Of a stretch of 64,000 bases of DNA, positions 1 through 11,793 are shown piece after piece; within the stretch, counting starts at the first letter, position 1; every line of letters begins with the position of its first letter. The stretch comes from Podarcis melisellensis (lineage: Eukaryota), in the NCBI GenBank assembly GCA_964234715.1, contig OZ174281.1; one strand, 5' to 3'. The translations under genes were made by a program, and so were the position numbers. The notes beneath the pieces are model-generated. The model was not told the DNA's origin, ran no database searches, and saw nothing but the letters and a program-made list of their open reading frames with translations.

Positions 1-51
1 AGAGAACGCCAGGCACCTCTGTCCTCCACTGCCTCCCGCAGTTTGGTCAAA
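1..51 (-). mobile_element. RTE-BovB LINE fragment, cut by the window edge
   Basis: Reverse complement tttgaccaaactgcgggaggcagtggaggacagaggtgcctggcgttctct is nearly identical to 39178-39229 within the BovB copy. Confidence 0.85.
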
Positions 52-757
52 ATAAATAGTTATAACAGATGCTAAATTTATTAAAGCACGGGTGTGGGTG
101 TTGAAGGACTTGCATGAGTAAAGGGATGTATGAAGAAAGGAAAGGTAAACCAAGCACTAAGGAGTACCAGGGTCTAACAACATAATCCTGTGCATGTTAA
201 CTAATAACTAAATCCCACCATATTCAAGGTGGAACGAAAAATGAATTAGTCAAATGCATTTCTACTGCAACAATGTATAAAATATGTTAGTAGGATTTAG
301 GTTCAGTTACCTTACCCAGTTTTGTTCTCATAGACATTTTCACGGATTGCAGTAGAAGAACAGGGAGCATCCTGCTTTGACCTAAGAACACTCAATTGTC
401 TGGCATCCTGAGCTCTTGTTAGGACACCTGGCTTCAATAAGTGCACTGGAATGTGTGAAAAATTCTTGCATCCCTATAATTTACTTGAATGGGATTAGAA
501 TTTCATTTGCTTCCAATTCATATGGATATGTTTTTGTAGGTATATAGGTCCAGCCACACTGTTCCAGCTAACATGAAAGCTACATCTTATAATGTAATCA
601 CCGCTGCACAGTTTTACTTTACTGTTTTCATTCCTGTGTGTGTGTGTGTGTGCATGTCTCAATCCCTTGATATGGTTATCTATGGTCTGGCTTGTTGCAC
701 TGCATTTTCTTAGTCACTTCAAGCAGACTTTTCAAATAATTTTATGTTCAGCTAGGT

Positions 758-833
758 TTTACCCAGAGTAGACCTGCTGAAATTAATGAACTCTGTCTTG
801 GTCATTAATTGCAGTAGGTCTACTCCGAGTAAA
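758..833. repeat. Palindromic MITE-like hairpin element
   Basis: 32-bp inverted arms 758-789 and 802-833 with 4 mismatches around a 12-nt loop. Confidence 0.75.
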
Positions 834-861
834 TTTTATTTGACTACCACCCAATATCTTT

Positions 862-1716
862 AATTTAATTTTATTTATTTTTAATGTATTTTTATTAAAG
901 ATTTTCTTGATTTACAGAAGTATGCGTAATGTCTCTCTCTCGTATTTTTTCCATGTAACATTTTTACAAAGCAGTTTCATTTGTTGAGACATTAGGAAGA
1001 AAAGGGGGAGAGGGGTGGAGGGGGGAAGATAGGTGGAGGTAGAGTCAGGTGGCAATGTTTCTATTTTACTTAATGTATGTAGGGTTTGGTGTCAGCATTG
1101 CTTGTGCAGGTTCTCTGTTGTTCACTTGTGTTCCTTTGGTGGTGAGAGAGGTTGGGGTTGGCCTAGGGTGTGGTTCTTTGTTTGTGATTGGCTGTGGTGA
1201 TCTTTGTTTTCATGTGTGAGTGGGGTGGGTGGGTGTTTTGGATCAGGTTAGCCATATTGTCATTGTCTTATTGGGCTGTGTATGTGATAAAGGGGAGCCA
1301 GACGGGGATAAAGGTGTCTTCTTCTGTTTGTCCCCCTGTCAGTTTCAGTTTATTGGTTAATTTTTCTAGTAAGGCTATTTCCCATACTATTTGGTACCAT
1401 TGGTCCATTCTTACTCCTGGCAGGTCTCTCCAGTGTCTGGTTATGGTGTTTCTGGCTGCTGAAAGTAGGTGGGTTATGAGTTCTTTGTGGTGTAAATGAG
1501 CATTATTGTTTTGGAAGATGTTTAGTAGGGCTAATTCTGGGGTGATTTCTAATACTTGCTTAGTTATTTTGCATATTTCTTGTATGGTTGTTGGTCAGAA
1601 TAGTTGGATTTGGGGGCACTTCCACCACATGTGGAGGTATGCACCCTCTCCAGCATTTTGGTGAGGTTCCTGGGCATATTAGCGCTAGTTTTCTTGGTGT
1701 TAGGTACCACCTGACT
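862..1716 (-). mobile_element. 5'-truncated L1-clade LINE (ORF2 C-terminus, 3'UTR and A-rich tail)
   Basis: Minus-strand translation RWYLTPRKLALICPGTSPKCWRGC / YLHMWWKCPQI...HLLSAARNTITRHWR...F..VWLPFI matches the L1 ORF2 C-terminal CCHC region, with a frameshift and stop. AATAAA at 896-891. TSD caatatcttt at 852-861 and 1717-1726. Confidence 0.88.
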
Positions 1717-1885
1717 CAATATCTTTTATCAATTTTACATTTTGCATCTCAGTTCAACCAACTTGCAAAGGATTTCAGAAAGCGATGAGACATGATTTCA
1801 AATTTTGATGAGACATAATGAATGAATGAATGTTTATGAATGAACATGATCTGAACATATAGTGAAGCAACTGTAAGACTGATTA

Positions 1886-1978
1886 AAGCTGTAATGCTAT
1901 ATATGCTTATCAAAGAGTAAGTTCCATTGAATTCAGTGGGTTTTGTTCTGAACTGGTATGTTTAGGATTGCACTGTAA
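1886..1978. repeat. Short (~90 bp) palindromic squamate MITE, degenerate
   Basis: Core agtaagttccattgaattcagtggg with taggattgcactgtaa end; same family as copies at ~22576, ~43940 and ~44293. Confidence 0.6.
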
Positions 1979-2040
1979 ATGTGCCAAATAATGCAAACAC
2001 TACATCATAACATTAATAATTTGTTAGGTGGCGCTATGTT

Positions 2041-2120
2041 AAGGAGTCTTGTGGCACATCAAAGACTAACAAATGTATGGCTGCATAAGCTTTCTCAGGT
2101 TAGAGACTGCTTCATCTGCT
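2041..2120 (-). mobile_element. Penelope-like retroelement terminal-repeat remnant with degenerate hammerhead skeleton
   Basis: Plus strand agtcttgtggcacatcaaagactaacaaat...gcataagctttc...cttcatc. Minus strand reads CAGAUGA-A-(stem II)-GAAAGCUUA-UGC. Homologous to 10323-10440 and 30391-30507. Family assignment is from recall. Confidence 0.65.
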
Positions 2121-4865
2121 CTGCCTGTTAAGAATCCATTGCCGTTTTGAAGCACCTATAGAACAGAGCTTATTTATGTTAATGAAAACATCTTTTCTGA
2201 TTCTTACAATCTTTATGTAAATAACTAATTGCATGTGAAGAGTATGTTCAAAAATCATTTTGTCTATTTGATCGTATATCTATCTGATCATATTTAAATT
2301 CAGGTGTCATGTATCATGGTTTGAGTATGTGGTAGAGAAAACCCACAGGAGCAGGCAGCAGGAATTTTAACATATTTTGAAACATTTTACAAGGTTAAAA
2401 AAACTAACTCTTGTAAAGGTTTGCAACTGGGATCAGCACAGCGAGTGGGACTACAAGAAGATCCTGACTGAATCTCTCTCGCTGCATCAAACACAGATGT
2501 GAAGTGCTGCTCACAGCAAAACAAGGATATGTTAAAAGTGGGTTAATAAGATATGAAGCATATCAGCATTGAGCATATATTAAAGAACTTTTGAGGAGTA
2601 CTTTTCACTAATGAAAGATTAATATAATCTGCTCTTTTGCTTTCACTTCCACTACTCCATTAAGAGCCATTAGGAACATATATTTTCTGGGCAATAAAGA
2701 TAGGATGGAGGGGCTACTTAGTATGTTGAAGAACAAAACATCTCCTATCTCTTTAGTTTGCATTTATTCAGAGAGATTAGCCACATCAGATGAAAGTGTG
2801 CCTCATTCCTAACCGATACTTCATTGATTATGTAGCTGCATTCATGATTTGAAGATTTGGTAACTTGAGTGGCCCAGTTCATACGGTGAGCTATCTAGAC
2901 CTAACCAATAAGTAGTGAGAGTTGGCCTGCTCATATGGCAGTAGCTACATCTACTACCTGATCTAAATATTGTTTCACTTCCAGATGGCCAGAATGCTGA
3001 TGCTGTAACTATGGGCAAATTTTGTCTTAAAGCAGAGCAAGTTATGTACTCTGCCCTCATTCCTGACAACAAAAACACCAACAGATGTATGCTGTTGCAC
3101 TTGCACAAATGCAGAATTGACTGGACTTAGGGAGCACAGAGCTTTGACAGAGCCAGTCAGGTACTCTATGAGGAAATGCTTTTGAAAAGCCCATAATTCT
3201 GGCAGGTCACCACTTAATTCTCAGCTCTGCAATAGCAAATCAGTGTTATGAAGGGCTTAAGAGAAGTTGTTGAGTGCTATGAGATGCTTTACCAAGAAGA
3301 CCCTCATACTCTGCTGACCAGCAGGGTGGGTGTGGGGAGCAGTGCTGAAACCATGTACCTCAAAAAAATCTACTGGGTATCAATTTCTGGCCTGGAGGTA
3401 AGGGCTATGACAAAAAGTTAACCCAAGTGAGGAATCTAAGCCTTCAGTAAGCATTTGGACAAGGGGAAAAAATCTGTGAAGTTTCAGATACTGAACAGGA
3501 TTTGGGCTTTTATTTGTCTCCCAGAGTTCTAACCCTTCACCCCATCAAACCAGGATATGAAGTACAGAGACTAAATATAACCCATGAAGTAGGATTCCTG
3601 CTCATACATTTCTGAAAAACATGGACGATGGCAGTGGCGCTTATCTGTTGGCAGCAGGGCGCCCATGTAGGCATCGCCTCAGGGGTTTCCACCGCCTATG
3701 GTGACTGCTTCACCCCAACCTCATGGGTGGGCTGGGCCCGATAGTTTATTTAACTTCACTTCCTATAAACGGGAGCATTATTCATAGAAAGGTGCCTACT
3801 TGTAATATTACCCCAAAAACAAAAGTGAAAACTACAAAAATCCATACTAAAGAGCTTTTTGATTTTTTTTTTAGGATGAATGAGAAGAATACTGCATGGG
3901 AAAGGTGCTGTTGCTATGCATAGTACTGGCAGTGTGGATCTTGAACCTATTCTTGTAGAACACTTTTAGTATTTATTCAGAAGTAACAAAATATGTATAG
4001 TAAGGAATAAAGGCTGTATTAGGAGATTTTAAAACGGCTGTGATGCAAAAAAAACAACAACCCCTAACTTAAGAGGAACCTAAGAGGAACTCTTATCAAA
4101 ATTTGACTAACTCTGAAGTAAATTACAAGACATACATAAAGCCTGCCTATCTACATGCAGGTTTATGCTAATTTAAATAAATACATTTGAACTCAGTGCC
4201 TTAGTCTGTAATCCCAGTCTACAAATATTTCCCAGCAGATCAAAACCAGGATTTGAACCCAGAGTCATTAACTGTCTTTATAGCCCAGTCTTTGCCATGA
4301 TTATCTCACTATTTCAAGGGGACTTGCTTTTAAGGATCACCAGCTAAACTAGATAAATTCAAGGAAGCAATATATTTTAGTGTACAGGCCCTCATTTTCA
4401 CATGACTGGACCTTTGCCTTAGTTGCTAAAGATTATCTCCTGGCTTGCTATTATGAAACAAACTATTTCACATTGTGGTGAAAGTTCATGGAAAATCTAT
4501 TAAGTTGTAAAGATACCCAACTCATACTATTTGATAACGCAGTGAGTTAATAAAGGTGGACTTGAGTTCAAATGCTCTGCCCTTGGCTAGTTTGTGGTAT
4601 ACTTCAGTTTCATATTTTTTTATTAGTTAAATAATTTCCTGAATATCTAAAAGTGCTAATAATAAACACTACAGTGTTACCTAAAGGAGTATATGTAAGT
4701 TATTGCTTGAATAACACATTCCATTTTACTTTTCTTAGAAAATGTTCTAATATACAGCCACAGAACTGACAGAAATGGATCTACCTACAAATGTTTTGGC
4801 AACCAACACACCCATTCCCTTTGTCACAACAGCAGCAACAATTTATCCTGTTCCTTTTTACTTAC

Positions 4866-7800
4866 TGTTTGAACTTTGAGGAAATCCTGTTAAGGAAGAT
4901 GGACCATTCATTCCAGGCAGAAGAACTGGAGGAAGGCCAGGGAGTCCGGGGTAAGCTGCTGGCAAACTGATTCCATGAAGTGAGCTGCTCTCCATCATGC
5001 CTGGCTGCTGTACTGTTAAGCCTAGAACATCTGTAGCCTTCTTTATACGGTCCAATTCCTGCTGTGCCATCAGCTGTCTAACAGTTGTAGGAGCTAAGTA
5101 GTCTTTTTCCCGGTCCAGTTGACTTCCCACAGCTTCTCGCACTTTTGAAATATGTTGTTTGGAAAAGATATGGTCTCTTACGGACAAACGTGCAGAATAC
5201 TTCACCCCACATAGGGAACACTCTGGTCTTGAGCCATCAGTTGCATTCTGATTGATCATGAATGGCTTCCCTATGTTAATTTTGAACTTCTTCTCTTTTG
5301 CTCGAGCATTTTGAAACCAAACCTGAACCACTCGTTTTGGCAGGCCAATCTCATTCCCTAGCATTTCGCATTCTTGCATGGTTGGAGTCCGATAGTCGCT
5401 AAAGCAAGCCTTCAAGACCTTAAGCTGCAGATTACTCATTTGCGTCCGAAATCGTTTGTGACCTGGCCGGTCACTGTTTTTCGATTTAAAAGGGTTGCTT
5501 GCTCCAAAGGGATTAGGTGAACTTGGATCAGCTATGCTCGATGTTTCACTGCGATCAGCATTATCATCAGGGTCATCAGTAATGTAAACACTTTGGTCAA
5601 ATTCACTATCTTTGTCACTGTAATGCATTGACGGGCTAGTCAGGGAGAATAGAAATTTGTCATCGCTGTTCTCCATATTAGGCATGTTTGTGTTTTTTGG
5701 CAAACTGTCATTCAGAACATTTTTTGGCTCTTTAGGAGAGGATGTGGATTTCACATCTCCTGAACTACCGGTCATACTTTCCATTTCATTGTTTCCTTCA
5801 TCTCCTGTTGTGGCATCGCTGATTGCTGTGTTAATTGATGAAGTCTCATCAAAGTCAGTTTTATTCTGGTCATACCCACCATCAGCAGGAGCTGTGTTCA
5901 GATTCTCTATGTCTTCGTTGCATTCTGCTTTGAAGGAAGAAGGGCTTAAAAGATTCTTCGGTGACATTTCTGCAGTTTTACTAACTGGAGTTGAGACAGT
6001 AGAAGCTAATTCATTTTCACTCGATAAATCAATCTTTGTTAATGATAACGATGGATAATCAAAAAACATGTATTTGTGTGGGCTCTCTCCTCCATCTTCA
6101 TTGGCTATCAAAGGACTTGGTGGCAAACTATAACCTGCTTGTTTTCCTTCATTCCAGTGCCGAGAACGAATATGACTTTCTAAAGCAGACTTTGCTTTAA
6201 ACAGTGCTCGGCAAAAAGGACATCTTTTATGAGACTGAGCTGGACCTACTGCACGGAATTGTCCTTTTCTTTCTCGAGCTCTTGTATTCTGAAACCAGAC
6301 TTGTACAACTCTCTTTTTGAGTCCTACTTCACGTGCAATGTGATCTAGCATTTTTCTGGTAGGATTGGAATCTAAAAGGTATTTTTCGTAGAGTATTTCC
6401 AGTTGCTCTGGAGTAATTGTAGTTCTCAATCGCTTATCCCGATGCTGGTCCTCACCACTGTTCCCCCCCTCTTTTTCACTACAGTTGTTGTCTTCCTTAT
6501 CATCCAGTTTTCGTTTAAGTGAGCCAGGAATTGAAGCAGCGTGGTGAGCTGTATGAGCTGAGCTCACTTGGGGTGCCACCTGAGCTAAAGAACTGCTCAG
6601 CAATTGTCCAGTCATCAGAGGGTTATTTGGATCAAATATCATATAGGGCATATCCATAGGCCTTTCTAAAAACTGGGAATGAAGGAACTGATTTTGGGCT
6701 GCTAAGAAATGCATGTGCTGGTGCTCTTGCCAAAGTTCTAGAGTGGGAAAGGCAACTGTACACTGGTCACATGGGTACTGTAGTAACTGAGGAGGTAGAC
6801 TGTTCTGAAGAGGCGTCATTTGGATTGCTAAAGGGCTGGAGGGAACAGGGGTCGTCTGTGATGCAGAAGGTGGTCTGCCTCCTATTTGGGATTGTTTCTG
6901 TTGCTGTGTTTGAGAAGCCGAGGGCTGTGGATCAGAGGAGGTGGTTGGTGCAGGCTGCACTGATTTGCTGCCTTGGGAGGAAGCCTCCACTTGCTTAGGT
7001 ATGGGATCATTTTGCTTTGGCTTTTCTGTTGACTCAGGTTTAGGAGAGGTTTTTCCAGGTTCAGGTTTGGGTGATGGCATCAAAGGAGTACTGGAACCAG
7101 ATCCAGAGCTTACTGTTGTTAAAGCCATACTTTTTGACGAATCAGATGGGCCAGAAACTGTGCAATTCTTGTAAAGCATTTGATCTGTAGCATCCATTGA
7201 ATCTTCTGTTTGGCTTTCATCTTGTGCATCATCATCTTCGTCTTTATAACACAGCTTTTTCTGATGTGTAATTAAGTCAAAGATCCTGGGAAAAACTACG
7301 CTACATTTTTTACATTGATATTGCATGTTGCTTGTCCGAATGTACCTCTCATTGGTGAGCTCCCTCTTCTCAGTATCTTTAGTTTCAGCTTGATTTTCAT
7401 AACTTTTACGAGCCTTCTGTCGTGCATTTTGGAACCATACAACGATAACTCGAGTAGGTAGGTTAAGTACAGTTGAAAGTTGTTCAATTTCATCATCTTT
7501 TGGATAAGCATTTGTGTCAAAAAAATCCTGCAAGACTCTGAGCTGGTAGTCAGTAAATCTAGTTCTAGATGATCGCTTGCTGAACGCTGAATCAGATTTG
7601 TAATGCTCTAAAGAACTTGGCTGTGGTTCAATTCTTATATCTTCCAAAACTGTTATTGGAGGATTGCTAAAATTATATGGGGAATCCTTGTTTCTTTGTC
7701 GCTCCTTAAATAGGGTATTTCGAAACCAGTGTTTGATAACCTTTTGGGAAAGGCCAGATTTCTCTGCCATTTCTTGAATCTGTTCTTCACTCGGTGAATT

Positions 7801-10247
7801 ATTAATATCAAAATATGCCCTCAAGATTTTTAATTGGTCATCAGTGATTCTTGTACGTGGCCGCTTGAACTGAGAATGCCGTAGGAAATTTGGATCTAAT
7901 CCTAGCTGTTGCTGACAAAGCTGAGTAAGATCTGCAGACAGAGCATCCATTGGTGGTAGCTGGAGGGCAAGTTGAGGAGGCAATCCTGGGTGTTGCACCG
8001 GCTGCATCATAATTGGAGGGAAAAGTGGAAGATCTAATGAAACTGGCAGCTGCACTGGTGGTGGTGCAGAAGGTGGTGGAGGAGGAGGAGGTGGCGGTGG
8101 GGGTGGCGGTGGAGGCGGCGGTGTTGGTGGTGGAGCCTGCAAAGGAGTAGGAGTAATGCTTTGAATCTTTCCAGAACTGGATGAAGAAGGTTGTGAAGAA
8201 GGCGGAGGTGGAGGCGGAGGTGGTGGTGGAGGAGGTGGTGGTTCTGGGGAAGATGGTGAAATAGGATAAAGCTTGTCATAAGCCTCCCTGTATTGACGGG
8301 CAAACTTTTCTAATGCACCGTATGGAAAGAACTGTCCATGAACATGTTCTTGGTGGCTCTTTAATATAAGAATGTTGGAAAACAATTTACTGCATGCTGC
8401 ACATTCCAATTTGTCAGTATTTTCGCAATCACCAGCTTTATTTTTTTTCTGCACTTTCTGTCTATTCTCATTATATTGAATAACCAGCTCAAAGCCGAAG
8501 TTTTCCAACAATGCCTTGGCTGCGTTTCCTCTTGCCCCAGAAGCAATTCTAGGTGGTGGGATGGTTGGTTCAGAGGACTTCTGCTTCTTTATATCTTTGT
8601 TTTCTTTCAGTCCTTCACTATCACTTGTGAATTCTTGCTTTGGTTTTTCTTGTTTCTCTGAAATCTCTTCCGATTCCTTATATGGTGGTGTATCCTTCAT
8701 CATCTGGCACTCAGCACTTACTGCACTGTTCTGCTCTGTTTTCACTAACTTATTCGTTTGCTGCTGCTGCTTCTGGGACTGGATTGGAGGTGGCGTCGCT
8801 TGATACTGTTGTGCTTGCTGCTGTAGGATCTGCAGCTGCGTCTGACCGACATGGTGCTGAGCTTGCATCTGCTGCTTCAGGTCTTCTAGCAGTGAGCCTG
8901 CCATACCCGCCATGCCAGGCATACCAAATGCAGCAGAACCAGGCAAACCCAGATCAGGACTCAAACTGAACTCTGTCCCAGGAATATAGAATGGAAAAAG
9001 AAACTGTGGCTGCTGAAACTGCAGTAGCGCCTCTGGTGTCATAGGAAAATGTGGCAAAAATGCTGGATTTAGGAACTGGGGTTGAAAGAAAGCTGCTTGC
9101 TGTTGCAATTCATGCTGGAGTTGCATTTGCAGTTGTGCTGGTGACTGGGGAGGATGATGTGTAGGCTGAGCAGAAACTAATTCAGAAACTTGCTTTTTAT
9201 TTAATTCTTTGGCATCTATGTGGGTTTCCTTGCTGTTAACTGCTGGTAATATTGTAGGATCTACCATCCCCTGGCTGGGGCTATTAACATTTCCTGTTAT
9301 GCTGTTTCCACTCATTGCATTACTACTTGGTTCTAATTTTGCAGCCCTTGCCTTGGTTTGATGAAGCACAGATCTCATATGAATTTCCAGTGTAGAACTT
9401 TGGCTATAAGAAACATTGCAAATGCTGCATTTGTAGGGTTTGTTGTCAGTGCTGCTGTTAGCTTCTTGAGGGACTGGACTGGATGCTTCCTGCAACACCT
9501 TTTTGAGTTTATGCAAATGAGACACTGAGTTATAATGAACCAAAAGAATGTTCTTTTGAGTGAAAGATTCTTTGCACACTGTACACTTATATGGGCGAGA
9601 AGGATCTAGAAATTTTTCCATAGTAAAATTTGGCCCTTTTCTAAAAGGTAAGGTCCGCTTTGGTTCTGAGCCCATTTCATCTGGAATGGAGCTACTATCA
9701 CTTCCTACAGGACTTGCTTTACCTTCCTGGTCCATCTCGTATTCTCTTTCTATATCCTGTTCTAGTGCATGTTCATCTTGTGCCATACTTTCGTTCTCTG
9801 CCCAGAGTTCACCATTTACAGGTAAAGATGCACACAACTGCTGAATTTCAGCTTCACTGAGTTCTGGGTGGCCTGCTTCCAAATGTTTTTTTAAAGCCTG
9901 GAATGTACGGAAGCTACGTTGGCAAAGGCTACACATAGTAGCAGCCCGAATAGCATGATACTGGGAATGTATTTGAAGCTTCTGCATAGTCTTAAAAGCC
10001 AAGCTACAATGGTTACAACGATATTTATAGACATGGCGATCAGAAACAGAAAGCTGCTGCCTCTTCTGCTGCTCATTCAACTGATCAGGCAGTGATTCGA
10101 CGATCTTTATATCTTTACTGCTGTTCTTGTTCCAATCTGGCATTTCAGTAGATTCTTTGAGTGGCTTCTGTTCCTCTGTTTTAATTTCCATTCCAGTTTT
10201 TGATTCTTCAAGCCCAGAGGTGTTCTTCTCATCTGGAGGACTTTCAC
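4866..10247 (-). CDS. ZFHX4: ZFHX4 giant coding exon (about exon 10), 5382 nt: multiple C2H2 zinc fingers, Gln/Pro-rich tracts, four homeodomains
   Basis: ORF 4858..10191 contains HD1 [50 protein letters not shown] (ZFHX4-type residues rather than ZFHX3), HD2 [15 protein letters not shown]3 [14 protein letters not shown]4 [12 protein letters not shown] and C2H2 fingers. Minus-strand acceptor ...ttttttaaacag|GTGAAAGT (AG at 10249-10248); donor AACA|gtaagt (GT at 4865-4864). Phase 1-1. The true exon begins 56 nt upstream of the ORF-track ATG and reads (G)[22 protein letters not shown]. Confidence 0.97.
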
Positions 10248-10322
10248 CTGTTTAAAAAAGAAAGAAAGAAATTATATAGCTCCATAGCATTTGAATACAT
10301 AATACATATTAAAAGAAAGAAC

Positions 10323-10440
10323 TTCCAGAGGAGGAGCCAGTATGCTGCAGCAATAACAACGAAGAGCCTTGTGGTACTGTAAAGGCTGTCTAATTTATTA
10401 TGAAATAAGGTTTCATGGCCCAGTGTTGACTTCATCACAG
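10323..10440 (-). mobile_element. Penelope-like terminal-repeat remnant with degenerate hammerhead skeleton
   Basis: ttccagaggaggagcc...gcagcaataacaacgaagagccttgtggtac...taatttattatgaaataaggtttcatgg...acttcatca. Minus strand reads GUGAUGA-A-...-GAAACCUUA. Confidence 0.6.
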
Positions 10441-10877
10441 GCTTGTGATCCATCAAAGTACCATAATACTCTTTGGCATCAAATGAAGGATGCACCAAAA
10501 CACCCCCACCCCACCCCAAACAAGGAGAATTTTGTTGCAATGAGTGACTATATTTGTTTTCAAAAGAAATATACATAGTTCACGAACCTGAATTTTGGGC
10601 ACAAGAACCCATCTAGAATTGAGTTAGGCCCCCAAAAATGTAGTTCCAGTGTTATTAATGTTGTTGTAAATAGATTCTTAAACACATTCCCCAAACACAG
10701 GACCAAGCTGTTTCTCTGATACACAAGGGATATTATCCACCTGGAAACTTATTCATGTGAAGCATGAACTCCACAACTGAATTAGAGGTCCCTTCATTAC
10801 TCTTACAAAATTGCTTTATGCAAAGTATCTGGAATTATCTCACTTTCCACCAAAGTGACCAGCACCACAAATGAGTC

Positions 10878-11219
10878 ATGGTCTAAACCACTGAGCCTCT
10901 CGGGCTTGCTGATCGGAAGGTTGGCAGTTCGAATCCATGCAACGGGGTAAGCTCCTGTTGCTCTGTCCCAGCTTCTGCCAACCTAGCAGTTCAAAAGCAG
11001 ACCAGTGCAGCTACATAAACAGGTACCGCTGTGACGAGAAGGTAAACAGCATTTCCATGTGCTTTGGCACTCATCACGGTCCTCTGTGAGCCAGTAGCAG
11101 TTTAGTCATGCTGGCCACATGACCTGGAAAGTTGTCTGTGGACAAACGCTGGCTCCTTCAGCTGGAACTGCCTTTGACTGGACTTAACCGTCCAGGGTCC
11201 TTTACCTTTTTCCTTTACC
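10878..11219 (+). mobile_element. Sauria SINE (Squam1-type), older copy
   Basis: Contains ggtctaaaccactgagcctc...gatcggaaggttggcagttcgaatcc (B-box-like), tttagtcatgctggccacatgacc and the tail cctttacctttttcctttacc. Homologous to the reverse complement of 48263-48609. Confidence 0.85.
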
Positions 11220-11506
11220 ATACAGTAGATAGGTGTATGGACATGGGGCATAGATTGGGTGGACTGAATGCAGCCTACAAGTCTTAAAATGTGTAACCCA
11301 ACCTAGATGTTGTATCTGTTTAAAGAAACATATATACATATACTGTATGCTATAAAAATGCTACGTTCATGAAACGCTGCCGAAGAAAATCAGGCCTTAT
11401 TTTTCTTTGGTTAATATAGCAAGCACACCCCAAAAGAGGAGAGGAGGTTTATCAACAAAAGACTGCAATGCTCGCCCTCTGCAGGCTTGGCTTTTTCTTG
11501 CAATAC

Positions 11507-11624
11507 CTGAATATTTCCCAGATCCTTCAGCTGTCAGACTTGCAGAGGCATCACAGTCAGATTTCTCTGAAGCAGCTGCTGGCAGGAGCATACTATTAGG
11601 CATCATCACATCTGGCACAGGAAC
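11507..11624 (-). CDS. ZFHX4: ZFHX4 coding exon (about exon 9), 118 nt
   Basis: Encodes VPVPDVMMPNSMLLPAAASEKSDCDASASLTAEGSGKYS(G). Acceptor ttttaaag|GTT, donor TCAG|gtattg. Phase 0-1, joins in frame to the giant exon. Confidence 0.95.
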
Positions 11625-11663
11625 CTTTAAAAACAACAATAACACACACACACAACTCAGGGA

Positions 11664-11793
11664 AATTTTTAATGTGTGACATTTTAATGCATTTTTAATC
11701 TTTGTTGGAAGCCGCCCAGAGTGACTGGGGAAGCCCAGCCAGATGGGTGGGGTACAAATAATAACAATAACAACAATAATAATAATAATAATA
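11664..11793 (+). mobile_element. Short 3'-terminal L2 LINE fragment with (AAT)n tail
   Basis: tttgttggaagccgcccagagtgactggggaagcccagccagatgggtgggg matches the 3'UTR of the L2 copy at 55054-55110. Flanked by tcaggga at 11657-11663 and 11794-11800 (TSD). Confidence 0.8.

Noticed and set aside
1188-1788. Plus-strand hydrophobic ORFs
   Set aside because: Antisense to a decayed L1.
5657-9860. Multiple antisense and alternative-frame ORFs over the giant exon
   Set aside because: Shadow ORFs produced by the codon structure of ZFHX4; short and without recognisable motifs.
4858-10191. ORF-track 1777-aa protein treated as a complete single-exon gene
   Set aside because: The ATG is internal to an exon and the stop lies in the intron. 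Splice sites at 10247 and 4866 and the upstream exons show it is one exon of ZFHX4.
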